A DNA stretch of 64,000 nucleotides. Source: an uncultured delta proteobacterium. GTDB taxonomy: Bacteria > Desulfobacterota > Desulfobacteria > Desulfobacterales > SG8-13. Where the stretch lies: positions 510,938-574,937 of the forward strand of contig CAWKCK010000018.1 of the NCBI GenBank assembly GCA_963848135.1. The letters are read 5' to 3'. Made by a program: the position numbers and the translations under genes. The notes under the pieces are model-generated. The model saw nothing but the letters and a program-made list of their open reading frames with translations, searched no databases and was not told the DNA's origin. Shown here one piece after another: positions 30,541 to 40,483 of this stretch; position 1 is the stretch's first letter; each line of letters starts with the position of its first letter.

Positions 30541-30796
30541 GTCCATCTCTTAAACCCTTGGGAAAGCGGCTGATGCCGCGCTTTTTGATTTTGCGCTCAA
30601 GCATCGTTGCTTCAGAGCCGGTAGAAACCTGTTGGGACCAAAACAGAATCCAGGGGCCACGAAAGCGTTTGGTGGTTTTTGATAAGTCATTGTCAGGATT
30701 GTTGTGCTGGGAGAGTCTGACTGGCAGGTCTGTGGTTTGCCCGCAATAGTAGCGGCAGGTAGATTGGCTTTGGAGGATGTATACCCAGTGCTCCAT
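30536..30796 (-). CDS. Small GIY-YIG nuclease
   Basis: WVYILQS..YYCGQT..RL..HN, GPW, ERKIK. Confidence 0.85.
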   Translation of the reverse strand: MEHWVYILQSQSTCRYYCGQTTDLPVRLSQHNNPDNDLSKTTKRFRGPWILFWSQQVSTGSEATMLERKIKKRGISRFPKGLRDGR

Positions 30797-31222
30797 CATA
30801 AAAAAGGCCGGTGAAACCGGCCATAATTATCGTGGCTCACCGAGGGCTACGAATGTGAGAACATAAAAACCAAAATCATTTTGAGGGGTTATGAAGGTAA
30901 GGCTATATTAGGACCGCCAAGCCCTCACGTGAAAGATTCCATCGCTATCCACACCTAATCATCTATGACAATAACCCGAGTGTGGGTGTCGCTAAGCAGC
31001 TCGGTCCCCTACCCTGCAAACGAACTGATGAGGTGCAATAACCAAGACTCAATCTGTCACTTTTAAAATCAAGACATAATTTGACCTGACAAAACGCAGA
31101 GTTGTGATAAATTTACAGTATATGAATTTTTCAGGAGGCTAATTTTATACAAATGGACGGTAGATATATAAAACGGCAAGCCCCAAGAAGCCCTGCCGTT
31201 GAATGTCGAGTATCCAAAACAC

Positions 31223-31624
31223 CTACTTTTCTTTAACCTTATAATTGACGTTTGGACTCTCGCCTTTAAATGGATACTCTTTATCATTAGGGTCGTAATG
31301 CAGCTGAATGCCAGTATCGTAGCAAGCATCGAATTTTACAATATCAGAGGTGATTGTGACGTTACGCTCACAGTCCATGTTCATAGCAGCAGTACGGATT
31401 TTTACCACTACATTTTCTCCACGTTCTTCAAAAATCCAATCGCTTACCCCACTACTATTCCCACGCCATTCTACCAACCACCCATTGGGTCGAAGTAGCA
31501 GAGCCTTTATTTTGCCTGCGCCGCCTGTTGCAGTGTCCCCTCCGGCAATAGCATAATCGAGTGTACTTAGACTGAAAACCAAAACAATTGCTAACGTCAA
31601 GGCGGAGATTCGAGAACAAGACAT
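31223..31624 (-). CDS. Hypothetical secreted protein
   Basis: Signal peptide, GGGGG RBS, downstream hairpin 31172-31201. Confidence 0.6.
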   Translation of the reverse strand: MSCSRISALTLAIVLVFSLSTLDYAIAGGDTATGGAGKIKALLLRPNGWLVEWRGNSSGVSDWIFEERGENVVVKIRTAAMNMDCERNVTITSDIVKFDACYDTGIQLHYDPNDKEYPFKGESPNVNYKVKEK

Positions 31625-31976
31625 GGCTTACCCCCTTTCACAAGTTCACGACGTTAAACAGCGTTAAGATTGTTTTGACATCACCTCCTTACAACACCGA
31701 ATTTCGTAACCAGCCAGACAGTTATGGCAGACACAAATTGTAATGTTTAAATTGGGGAGAAAGGTAAGCGAGTATTGGCGGTGGATGTGGATGAGGTAGC
31801 TGGATATCCCTCAGAAGTCAGTATAAGTTTAAATCTTCCCTAATACTGCATATCCAGATATCAATTCAAATGTCAATGCCACAACGTATCAGTTTGCTAA
31901 AATTGTCACTATCTGCAAAATTACAAAAGTTCAGATATGTAAGATGATATATGTAGTTTATCAGATGATATCGGAG

Positions 31977-31995
31977 TTTTGTTAGATAGCAGATA
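31977..31995. repeat. Repeated site D (partial)
   Basis: 19-bp identity with 23268-23286. Confidence 0.6.
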
Positions 31996-32074
31996 CATTT
32001 AGCGTCTGGTTTGTTGGCTGGAAGCTCTTGTTAGTGACAAACAATAAGTCCGGCGGGTTTCTTTTTAACGGTGC

Positions 32075-32548
32075 TCACCCAAGTGCAACTGCGACCGCCA
32101 TACCCACTCCGAAGAACAAGTGATTGGCCAGACTAGAAAGAGGGCTTTTGATCCCTTCGGGAGACCGCCGGCCAAACATGCCAAACCCCATCGAAGGGTA
32201 TACAAAAAACAGGGAGGCTACCGTTGTCGCGACTCCATAAATAAATGCCCATACTGGCGACACAGGCCCTCCAACCAAGAGATTCCAACCGAGGATGAAT
32301 GGGATCGCGAACCCTACTCCGATGACGTAATGCGTGAAATAGCCATAAACCATCTCGTTTGGGACGCACTCCATTTCGTCTGGGTGGTTATACCGGAAGC
32401 GCCCTTGTGTCCATCCCACGGCCATCCTACCAATAATCCTCACGTCGATCTTCGAGATCACCCCAATCCGGGCGAAGAGATGATTCAAAGAATCCATCAT
32501 CAACGTCCCCAACACTCCGGCTATGACTCCTTTTACGATGAGATCCAT
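32075..32548 (-). CDS. DUF2938-like membrane protein
   Basis: GVLGTLMMD, IGR, HYVIG, PSMGFG, NHLFFGVG. Confidence 0.75.
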   Translation of the reverse strand: MDLIVKGVIAGVLGTLMMDSLNHLFARIGVISKIDVRIIGRMAVGWTQGRFRYNHPDEMECVPNEMVYGYFTHYVIGVGFAIPFILGWNLLVGGPVSPVWAFIYGVATTVASLFFVYPSMGFGMFGRRSPEGIKSPLSSLANHLFFGVGMAVAVALG

Positions 32549-32692
32549 CACCTCTCCAGTGACCGAACACGAGATAGCAGACTACTTGTCAGTGCGTGGA
32601 TTTTCAGTTTCCAAGGATTTTCTAATTGACACTTTCAAACATATCAGCAGTAATCGTGAGTCCGAACTTTTCGACCGAAACTATAGCATTCA

Positions 32693-32780
32693 TACTTTTG
32701 GGGAGCGCAATTTATATCAGATTACCATATGATATTCACAGTTTTAAGCCATTTTACATTCATAGCCGACATTTACAACT
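32693..32780. repeat. Diverged copy of the region downstream of the recombinase (41624-41711)
   Basis: Shared 25-mer CAGATTACCATATGATATTCACAGT at 32718 and 41649. Confidence 0.75.
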
Positions 32781-32959
32781 TTACAGATTGGTGGATATCA
32801 CAATATGTAAGATACACTCCAAGTAGAACTTTTATTCAATAATATGAGTGCACCCAAAATTGCTACAAAAATTTTACTGGAATTGTTTTTTTAAGGATAT
32901 CATCTTATCTCTCTCGTTTTCTTGGTAATGACAACCAACATGGATACCATCGTTTCTGC

Positions 32960-34861
32960 CTATTTCGTTTTATTTTGTTCCGCTTCGACCTGCTTCGCGG
33001 CGACAGCCGCTGCGGCACCGGCCTGAACAGCCTTTTTATTACGTTCAACGGCTTCCTCATCCGACGGCATGTAGACTGTTACATTGCGATGGGCGAATTC
33101 GATGCCATTATCCCTGAAAGCCTCTTGCATCATCCGGAATACCTCTCGCCGAATGACAAACTGCTCGCCCGGTATGGTTTTAAACTTCACTCGCATAATC
33201 ATGGCCGAATCATCCAATTCTCTGACCCCCTGGGATTTAACCTTACCTAGCATTACTGGGCCCATCTCTTTATCTTTCTTGATTTTTTTATTGATCTTCT
33301 TAATAATTTTTCTGACCCTATCGACGTCCGTGTCGTAACGCACGCGAAAATCAAGTTTGGAAATGATGTAGTCCCGGCTGTTATTGGTCACCGTGTCCAT
33401 GCTGCCGAAGGGGATCGTATGAACAGGGCCCCGAGGACTGCGCAGTCTCAACGAGCGCAGGGATATATGTTCTACCGTACCCTTCATGCCGCTAGTTTCG
33501 ATGTAGTCGCCGACCCGGAAAGCATCATCGATGAGGAAGAAGACGCCTGCGATAATATCTTTTACCAGGGTCTGGGCACCGAACCCAATGGCCAAGCCGA
33601 TCACGCCGGCACCTGCCAGAAGCGGAGCAATGTTTATCCCCATTGAGGAGAGCAGAAGCAGGATTACGATGGTGAACATCACGACCACCATCGTTTTGCG
33701 CAGCAAGAGGAGCAAGGTTTCACTCCGGGAGCCGCCGGCACCGCCTTCTTCCGCCTGACTATCTTGTTCCGGTAGGTCTTCCTCTATGTTTTTTTGGATG
33801 TGGGATTTCACAAACTCCCATAAAATTAAACCGACCAAAAAGAGTATGAAAATCCGCTGCAGGGTATTTTCGAGGAATATGAGCACCGATCCGGTAATAT
33901 TGATATGCTCGTCAAGAATATACTTTATCAGACTGACCATCAGCACGGTAAAAAGGATAACCAAAAGCCATCCGGTAGTTTTCTTTCCTGAAGAAAGCTC
34001 GGCAGTCCTTCGATACCACCACCGGACAAGCAGCCGAACAACCAGCAAGACAACAAGGGGCAGAACAGCCAGTGCGCACCACTGCCATAGAGTCTGATCA
34101 AGGTACGTCGCATTTGACCAGGCTGGCAGCCATTGGCTCCACTTGGGCGGCAACAGTCGGCCGGGATTGGTTACATAAAAATCAAAAAATTCACTGCTGA
34201 TGAGCGCATTCTGCTTGTAGGGATAGTCTTTTACTTTACCGTAGAATTCTTCAAGTCGAACGACCGTCTCAGGGGTAAAGAGAAACTCCCCTTCGCGGGG
34301 ACCTTCCTCAACCCGGTCAATGATAATATCAGTATTGGGGATTCGCCAGCGAATCAATTCCGCTATTTTCTCCATTTCTTCCTCAGCTTCGATGGCTTCG
34401 GCGTCTGGGATCTTTTCAAATGGGGGAAGGTCGATCCGGTCGAAAACCTCTTTGAGCATGATGGCGCCCTCGTAACCTGTATTCTTCTTCAGATTCGTCG
34501 GAACCTGGCTTAAATTCAAGCATTCGACGCCGCTTTCGAAAAATTCCTCTGCTTGTTTTACCATCTGCCGGACCGATTCTGAGGGAAAGTATCCGGGCGT
34601 TTTCAAGTTTTTTCGATGGGCCTTCATCAACATACTGTAAGCAAGGTTCATATTTTCGATAAAGCTTCTCAGCGTCTCCCGTGGACTGACCGTATTGGGT
34701 GGCTTGAGCAAAGCATTAGCGCTTCCAGAAGAATCATCATCCTCTGGGCGTGTTGATGTGGATTCTACCGAAGCGGCTTCTTGCGCAATTGCGATAGTCA
34801 CAACAAACGCCGCGATGAATAAAATTGTCGTGAATCGAAATATTGATTGGCTCAATTTCAT
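32960..34861 (-). CDS. Large MscS-family mechanosensitive channel
   Basis: LLAGAGVIGLAIGFGAQTLVKD, FRVGDYI, GTVEHI; signal peptide at MKLSQ. Confidence 0.88.
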   Translation of the reverse strand: MKLSQSIFRFTTILFIAAFVVTIAIAQEAASVESTSTRPEDDDSSGSANALLKPPNTVSPRETLRSFIENMNLAYSMLMKAHRKNLKTPGYFPSESVRQMVKQAEEFFESGVECLNLSQVPTNLKKNTGYEGAIMLKEVFDRIDLPPFEKIPDAEAIEAEEEMEKIAELIRWRIPNTDIIIDRVEEGPREGEFLFTPETVVRLEEFYGKVKDYPYKQNALISSEFFDFYVTNPGRLLPPKWSQWLPAWSNATYLDQTLWQWCALAVLPLVVLLVVRLLVRWWYRRTAELSSGKKTTGWLLVILFTVLMVSLIKYILDEHINITGSVLIFLENTLQRIFILFLVGLILWEFVKSHIQKNIEEDLPEQDSQAEEGGAGGSRSETLLLLLRKTMVVVMFTIVILLLLSSMGINIAPLLAGAGVIGLAIGFGAQTLVKDIIAGVFFLIDDAFRVGDYIETSGMKGTVEHISLRSLRLRSPRGPVHTIPFGSMDTVTNNSRDYIISKLDFRVRYDTDVDRVRKIIKKINKKIKKDKEMGPVMLGKVKSQGVRELDDSAMIMRVKFKTIPGEQFVIRREVFRMMQEAFRDNGIEFAHRNVTVYMPSDEEAVERNKKAVQAGAAAAVAAKQVEAEQNKTK

Positions 34862-35348
34862 AATATTAGTTCCTTTGAATCCTTCACACGATATGATCCG
34901 CCTATCTGATCTGACTTGGTCGGTACAAATATATTGCCAGAATTGATTATCTGTTACCCCAATTTCCTGCGTAATTTGTATTTTAGCCAACCCAAAACTC
35001 AAGGGATTAATGAAAGATTGATTCGCACTTTTTTGTGTTTACGGCAATTTTAGTGGCGACGAATAGATTATGGAAAAATTATATATAATGACTGAAGTTA
35101 TCAATCTTGTGAGAAATAAGATTAAGGTATTATAAATTGAGTTGAAAGACAAATACATCATTCGTGTATTTCAGATTCACAAATATACAGAATTTTACTT
35201 CATGAAAAACTGTGGGTTTCGTACCTGCTTCGAATCTTTAGGTGGACCCGAATAACTCAAGATTGGCGGATGTAATATTCATTTTGGGGAAATTGCAGAT
35301 TTGGGCATGATCGGGAGGACTTTCGGGGTCACACACAACCTATTGTTT

Positions 35349-35448
35349 CTTGCCACAGGTCAAACTATCCGTAATTACGCCAAATATCACGATATCGTCT
35401 GGCTATATTCAGGAAATCCGCCGAGTGATAGATGTTGGACCATAGCAG
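35349..35448. repeat. Repeated site F (complete, uninterrupted)
   Basis: CTTGCCA-N7-AACTATC..GATA-N6-GGCTAT..GATAG-N10-ATAGCAG. Confidence 0.75.
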
Positions 35449-35480
35449 CAGATTTGAGTTCTCACATTCGTTTGATACGG

Positions 35481-37707
35481 GTAAGTAGCGCGGAGAAGTC
35501 TCACCCCCACGCCCTCCAAGAACCGTACGTGACAGTCTCCCGTCATACGGCTCCTACTGTCCAGCCGACGGCCGATAGCCAAATTCCCAGGAAGCAATTA
35601 ATCTGGGGTCTCGGCGTGCAATGCAACCCAACCAATGGGTCGCTTTGAGCCAATGGCCTCTCAACCTCTTGTATTTCCGCATCGCCCAACGAACCAAGGC
35701 ATACTGAAGCTGGCGAAGGATGGGACGCATTGCTGATTTGTAGTATCTGCCATAGTAATTCAACCAACCCCTTATAACAGGATTGATTCGCCTGGCAACA
35801 TCCTCTAATGACGAGGAACTCCATAATTGCAGTTTCCAGCTCCTTATCGTAGCACTCATCGCCTTTAGCGCCGATTTGCTCACCGCTGGGTTAAAACCCA
35901 CCAAATAGTTTCGCCCTCTACAGTCATGGGGCCGAAAGCTATAGCCGAGAAAATTAAAACTCTCATGCTCATGGCTTCCAGGGCGTTTTGCATCCTTACA
36001 ATATACAATCTTCGTCTTCTCCGGATGCAATTGCAGCTTGCAGCGTGCCAGACGTCTCTCAATGACTCTCAGCATAACCCGCGCCTGAGCTTCCGTGTGA
36101 CAGTGGACAATAATATCATCCGCATATCTTGCAAATGGTGTACTCGGATGATTTACTCTCATCCACTCATCAAATGCGTGGTGAAGAAAAATGTTGGCCA
36201 GCAGAGGGCTGATAACACCCCCTTGCGGCGTGCCCTCCAACGTCTTGAACCATTTGTCGCCCTCCAGGACCCCGGCTCGCAGCCACTGCTTTATTAGCCG
36301 CAGTATTCGTGGGTCGGCAATCCTGCGTGCAACCATCCGCAGAAGCCACTCGTGGTCAACCGAGTCGAAAAATCTACGAACGTCTGCGTCGAGCACCCAG
36401 TTTATTTTGCGTTTAATTAGCGCTGCATTAAGCGACTGCAAAGCATGATGCGGGCTTCGCCCCGGCCTAAAACCATACGAAAAACCGAGAAAGTCAACCT
36501 CATAAATTGCGCTCAGAACCTCTGATACCGCTCCCTGGACAATCTTGTCTTCCAGTACCGGTATACCAATCGGTCGCAGAGCTCCATCTGCTTTGGGCAC
36601 ATAAGCCCTTCGCACTGGCCGAGGTCGGTAGCTTCCCGAATGGACCCGGTCGCATAACCTTTTAAGATTAGCTTCCAGATTTTCGCCGTACGCTTCCACC
36701 GTAACGCCATCGGCCCCGGCACTCGCATTCCGCCTTTGCCGGTTGTAGACTCTTCTAAGAGCCTCCACGTCGATGTGATGCATCAATGCTGTAAACCGGG
36801 TCTTGCGCGATTTCCTCGCCGCCTCGTTCACTCTGGCAAGATTGGCTGGCAAGGCTGCCCGACCCTGTGTTCGGACCTTCGCCTTCCTACCAGAGTTCCC
36901 CTCAGGCCAGGGCCTTCCCTCCGTACACCGCGTACTATTTTCCTTCGTTGACATCATCAGTACTACACCCCAGTCCGCCACCCCGCCTCAGCTCAGATCA
37001 AGGCTCCGGTCATCCCTTGCCCTGATCCCCCTACAGTGACCATCTATAGGACCCGACGGGGCTTCCTGGGTTCCTATGCCATCCTTTCGTACGTGATGTG
37101 GTCTCAGACCCCGATGGAGCAACATCGTCTCGCGTTAACGACGATGCATATGCTGCCTTCGACGCGTGGGACGGTCTCGGCCTCCACAATTAGTGTATTT
37201 CGTGGCTCAATAGCACACCCCGCACAAATGCTGTCTACGCTTCGAACGCCCTGTTACCAGTACGCTCGCAAGACTCGCTCCCGGCCCGCTCGCTAAGCTT
37301 TAGCCGGACGGGACTTTCACCCGCAAGATGTCACAAACTTCTCCCAGCGCACCCCACGTTCCGCACAAAAGCCTGGGCCAAGTTCATGCCATCTCTATGC
37401 CGGACGCCGCCCAGACAATAAACAGGCTCTCTCTGGGCTTATCCTGCAGGCCTCCAAGTACCCACAGTTTTGACGCCATCTCAGATATTTCGACACCTCA
37501 TCAATGGTTCGCTTGCACTCATCTCCTTGATCCGTACCGGACACGGTCTTTGGCCATGCCTTTCCCTTAACGCTCACCACAACGGCTCTTTACCGATGCA
37601 GCTTAAGGTGGTTTGAAGCCTGCTCCTGCAAGCCGACTCCGAGGGACCCTCCCTCATCTTCTGTGCAGTTACGCACACTTTATATTAAAAGTGCGCTCGT
37701 GGCGCAC
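35481..37707 (-). mobile_element. Group II intron locus with two nested 5' ends and one 3' end
   Basis: GTGCG starts at 37707 and 37352; domain V GAGCCGTATGAC.GGGAGAC.GTCACGTACGGTTC; domain VI ends GCTACTTAC near 35481. Confidence 0.88.
35554..36981 (-). CDS. ltrA: Group II intron reverse transcriptase/maturase, no endonuclease domain; start uncertain
   Basis: RPIGIP, SYGFRPGR, DADV..FFD, GTPQG, RYADD, FLG, domain X RGWLNYY. Confidence 0.92.
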   Translation of the reverse strand: MADWGVVLMMSTKENSTRCTEGRPWPEGNSGRKAKVRTQGRAALPANLARVNEAARKSRKTRFTALMHHIDVEALRRVYNRQRRNASAGADGVTVEAYGENLEANLKRLCDRVHSGSYRPRPVRRAYVPKADGALRPIGIPVLEDKIVQGAVSEVLSAIYEVDFLGFSYGFRPGRSPHHALQSLNAALIKRKINWVLDADVRRFFDSVDHEWLLRMVARRIADPRILRLIKQWLRAGVLEGDKWFKTLEGTPQGGVISPLLANIFLHHAFDEWMRVNHPSTPFARYADDIIVHCHTEAQARVMLRVIERRLARCKLQLHPEKTKIVYCKDAKRPGSHEHESFNFLGYSFRPHDCRGRNYLVGFNPAVSKSALKAMSATIRSWKLQLWSSSSLEDVARRINPVIRGWLNYYGRYYKSAMRPILRQLQYALVRWAMRKYKRLRGHWLKATHWLGCIARRDPRLIASWEFGYRPSAGQ

Positions 37708-37717
37708 TTGGAGACAT

Positions 37718-37776
37718 CAGTAACGCTTAGCATAAGTCGTGGCGGCATTTTGCCGTCGCCTCTAATGCTGTTGATT
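37718..37776 (-). other. Degenerate attC-like site (59 bp)
   Basis: Minus strand AATCAAC-AGCATTA..GGCGACGGCA-AAA-TGCCGCC..TTATGCT-AAGC-GTTACTG, just downstream of a small gene. Confidence 0.5.
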
Positions 37777-37800
37777 ATAATGAATTTCTATGACAGATTT

Positions 37801-38259
37801 CTATATTTTGATCAGATTCATAATGTCTTCATTCAAGGGAATATCCGCCATCGAATGTCCGTAATGCACATACCGAAGCATTCCAGACTTATCAATCAGC
37901 ATCTGGGCTGGCATTCTGCCCAACTTGAACAAATTGACCTCCTGCCCGTATAATTTTAAAATTTTATGTTTCGGATCAGGTAATCCGATAAATGGCAGGT
38001 CTTCCTTTTTCCAGTACTTCTGAAAAGATTCGGCATCCTCAGGTCCAATTACGACTATTTCTGTATCCAGTTTAAAAAAGCGCTGATAATCTTGACGCAA
38101 CTGCGCCATATGCTTGCGGCAGAATGGTCAGACAAATCCACGATTAAAAACTACCAGCACATTTTTCTGTCCGGCAAAATCTGAAGGTGAAACGTTGCTT
38201 CCATTAAAATCGGGTAAGGTAAACTCAGGAGCATGGGTATTTAGCTCAACTTTGGCCAT
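37801..38259 (-). CDS. Peroxiredoxin-like (AhpC/TSA) selenoprotein with UxxC
   Basis: MAKVELNTHAPEFTLPDFNG...NRGFV-TGA(38130-28)-PFCRKH is in frame with the 102-aa ORF; GGAG RBS; downstream hairpin. Confidence 0.85.
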
Positions 38260-38494
38260 GATTGGCTCCTTACTCTTAAATTTCTAATGTACCTTGGAAA
38301 ACCTGATTGGTGAAGATTCCTCTTTGGGTAAAATGCCTGTCGACTACAGATACATTGAGAGTAATTGAAAATCGTAGGATGGGTCAATAATCAAACCTGC
38401 TTGCCACTGTACGACATAAAAAGGTAATTGACTGAAAGTGTTACAGAGGTCATTATCTGCCTGTTTTTTCTGCTAAAAACGAAAGGAGGCAGTG

Positions 38495-39580
38495 ATGAAC
38501 CTCGAACACGTTTCCGCAGAAATCCAGACCGATCAACTCAAAAGGCATCGGTCCGGCAAGGACAAATCAATTCGTTCGTCCTCGGTCCGTTCCAATTTCG
38601 ATCGAAATCCCTTCACTTTCAATCCTCTTATTGACCGAATCCTACGCAAAATCACCGTGCAGGATCTCTTGGCTGCGGAGCATGTCGAGGCATATTTGCG
38701 CGATCAGCATCGACGCAATTGCCGACACAACACGATCCGATCCAACGGCGCCAACATTACCGGTTTTTTACGTTTTCTCAAAGACAGCGGCATCGATCAA
38801 CTGCAAGCCATCAACCGCGAGCACATCGCCGAATTCGTTGAACATGAGCAAGGCCGCGGGCTTTCACCCAATACGGTCAGCACTCAGTTGCGCTGCCTGT
38901 ATGCCTTTATCAACTTTTTGATCGATCGCGATGTGCTTCACCCGGATCTGCTCAAGCGCAAACTGCGCATTAAAGTTCCCGATGCCCTGCCGCGGGCCAT
39001 TGATCCGGATCATATCAAGCAGCTGTTGGCCGTAGTCAAAAAACCGCGTGATCGCGCCCTGGTATTGACATTGTTGCGAACCGGGATGCGCATCGGCGAG
39101 CTGCTCGGCACCAAAGTGGAAGATCTCAACCTGCGGGAAAATATTATACAAATCATAGAAGCACAAAAGAACCGGGTCGGACGCGTTGTCTATTTGAGCG
39201 ATGATGCCCGAAGCGCTCTAATAAAATGGCTGAACACCAGGAGAAGACAAAGCGGGTTCATCTTCTACGGCAACTGCGGGCGAGCCCTGGGTTATGCGGC
39301 TGCCCGCCTAATCTTCAACGCCTATCTGCAAAAATCCGGACTGGCCCACAAGGGATATACCCTGCACTGCCTGCGGCACACCTTCGCCACAGAGCTGCTC
39401 AACGCCGGTATGCCGCTGCAGTGTTTGCAGGAGCTTCTCGGGCACAGCTGCATCGAAATGACCCGCCGCTATGCCCGGCTGACCGACAACACGCGCCGGG
39501 AACAATACTACAAAGCCATGGCCATCGTCGAAAAGGGAGAACTCCATGGACATTACCAACTCGATTATCAACTACCGTAG
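38495..39580 (+). CDS. Tyrosine recombinase A (intact)
   Basis: TGMRIGE, HCLRHTFAT, LLGH, RRY. Confidence 0.93.
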   Translation: MNLEHVSAEIQTDQLKRHRSGKDKSIRSSSVRSNFDRNPFTFNPLIDRILRKITVQDLLAAEHVEAYLRDQHRRNCRHNTIRSNGANITGFLRFLKDSGIDQLQAINREHIAEFVEHEQGRGLSPNTVSTQLRCLYAFINFLIDRDVLHPDLLKRKLRIKVPDALPRAIDPDHIKQLLAVVKKPRDRALVLTLLRTGMRIGELLGTKVEDLNLRENIIQIIEAQKNRVGRVVYLSDDARSALIKWLNTRRRQSGFIFYGNCGRALGYAAARLIFNAYLQKSGLAHKGYTLHCLRHTFATELLNAGMPLQCLQELLGHSCIEMTRRYARLTDNTRREQYYKAMAIVEKGELHGHYQLDYQLP

Positions 39581-40483
39581 GTTCTTAAAGCGACGCAATT
39601 ACTCCGCCCATACGCTGCGAACCTATATGAGCACCCTGAAGCAGTTTGTCGTCTGGCTGGATATGCCCGTGGAGGCTGTCACCCACAAGAAACTATTGGG
39701 CTTCATCGATTATCTGCGCAGCAAGCGTTTGAAACCCAAGACCGTCAATTGCTACCTGGACAGCATCCGCGGCTTTTATGATTACCTGATCAACGAAGAG
39801 GAGGTTGTAATGAGCAATCCGGTCAAGCGCGGGTATACCTTAAGGCTCTCCAGGCCACTGCCGCGCTACCTGCGGGATGAAGAGATCTCTGCGCTCTTTG
39901 CGGTCATCGACAATCCCAGAGACCGGGCCATCTTCAAGCTGATGCTGCGCTGCGGACTCCGGGTCGAAGAGGTAACCAATCTCACTCTGAGTGCCTTGGA
40001 CCTGCCGCGGTATCAAGTGTTTGTCTACCAGGGCAAGGGGCTAAAAGACCGTGTGGTCTATCTGAGCAAGGACGCATACACCGCACTTGGCTGCTTACCT
40101 TAAAGCCAGACCCCACTCGCGGGTCAAAAAGCTCTTCCTGGTGGAAAAGGGCCGCTTTAGAGGCAAACCGCTCAAGGCCCGCGGCATCCAGCACCGCATG
40201 CAGCTCTATGCCAAGCAAAGCAGGGCTGAGAGTCTGTTGCCATCAACTTCGCCATACGATGGCCACGCAGATGCTCAACGCCGATGCCGACCTGGTTACC
40301 ATCCAGGATCTGCTCGGCCACACGCGCATAAAAACCACGCAGCGGTATTGTCGGGTCTCCAACCCGAAGGTTCGACGTGATTACTATAGCGCCATGAACA
40401 AGGTGCTTCAACGCCACACCGGTGACGGTGAAAAAACTCTTGACAAAGAGCAAAAACCAATACATTTAATGGGCTATAACTAA
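39546..40483 (+). pseudogene. Tyrosine recombinase B with two +1 frameshifts (near 40088 and 40217)
   Basis: CGLRVEE in frame 1, AAYLKARP in frame 2, HQLRHTMAT/LLGH/QRY in frame 3. Confidence 0.85.

Noticed and set aside
27482..30800. Prophage
   Set aside because: No structural, terminase or lysis genes, and the repressor and helicase are co-oriented; a remnant cannot be fully excluded.
31026..31050. CTGATGAG, possible hammerhead ribozyme core
   Set aside because: The stem II candidate is not followed by GAAA, and no stems I/III were found.
35554..36981. RT as retron, DGR or CRISPR-associated
   Set aside because: Domain X and canonical DV/DVI RNA identify a group II intron; no template/variable repeat pair or cas genes are present.
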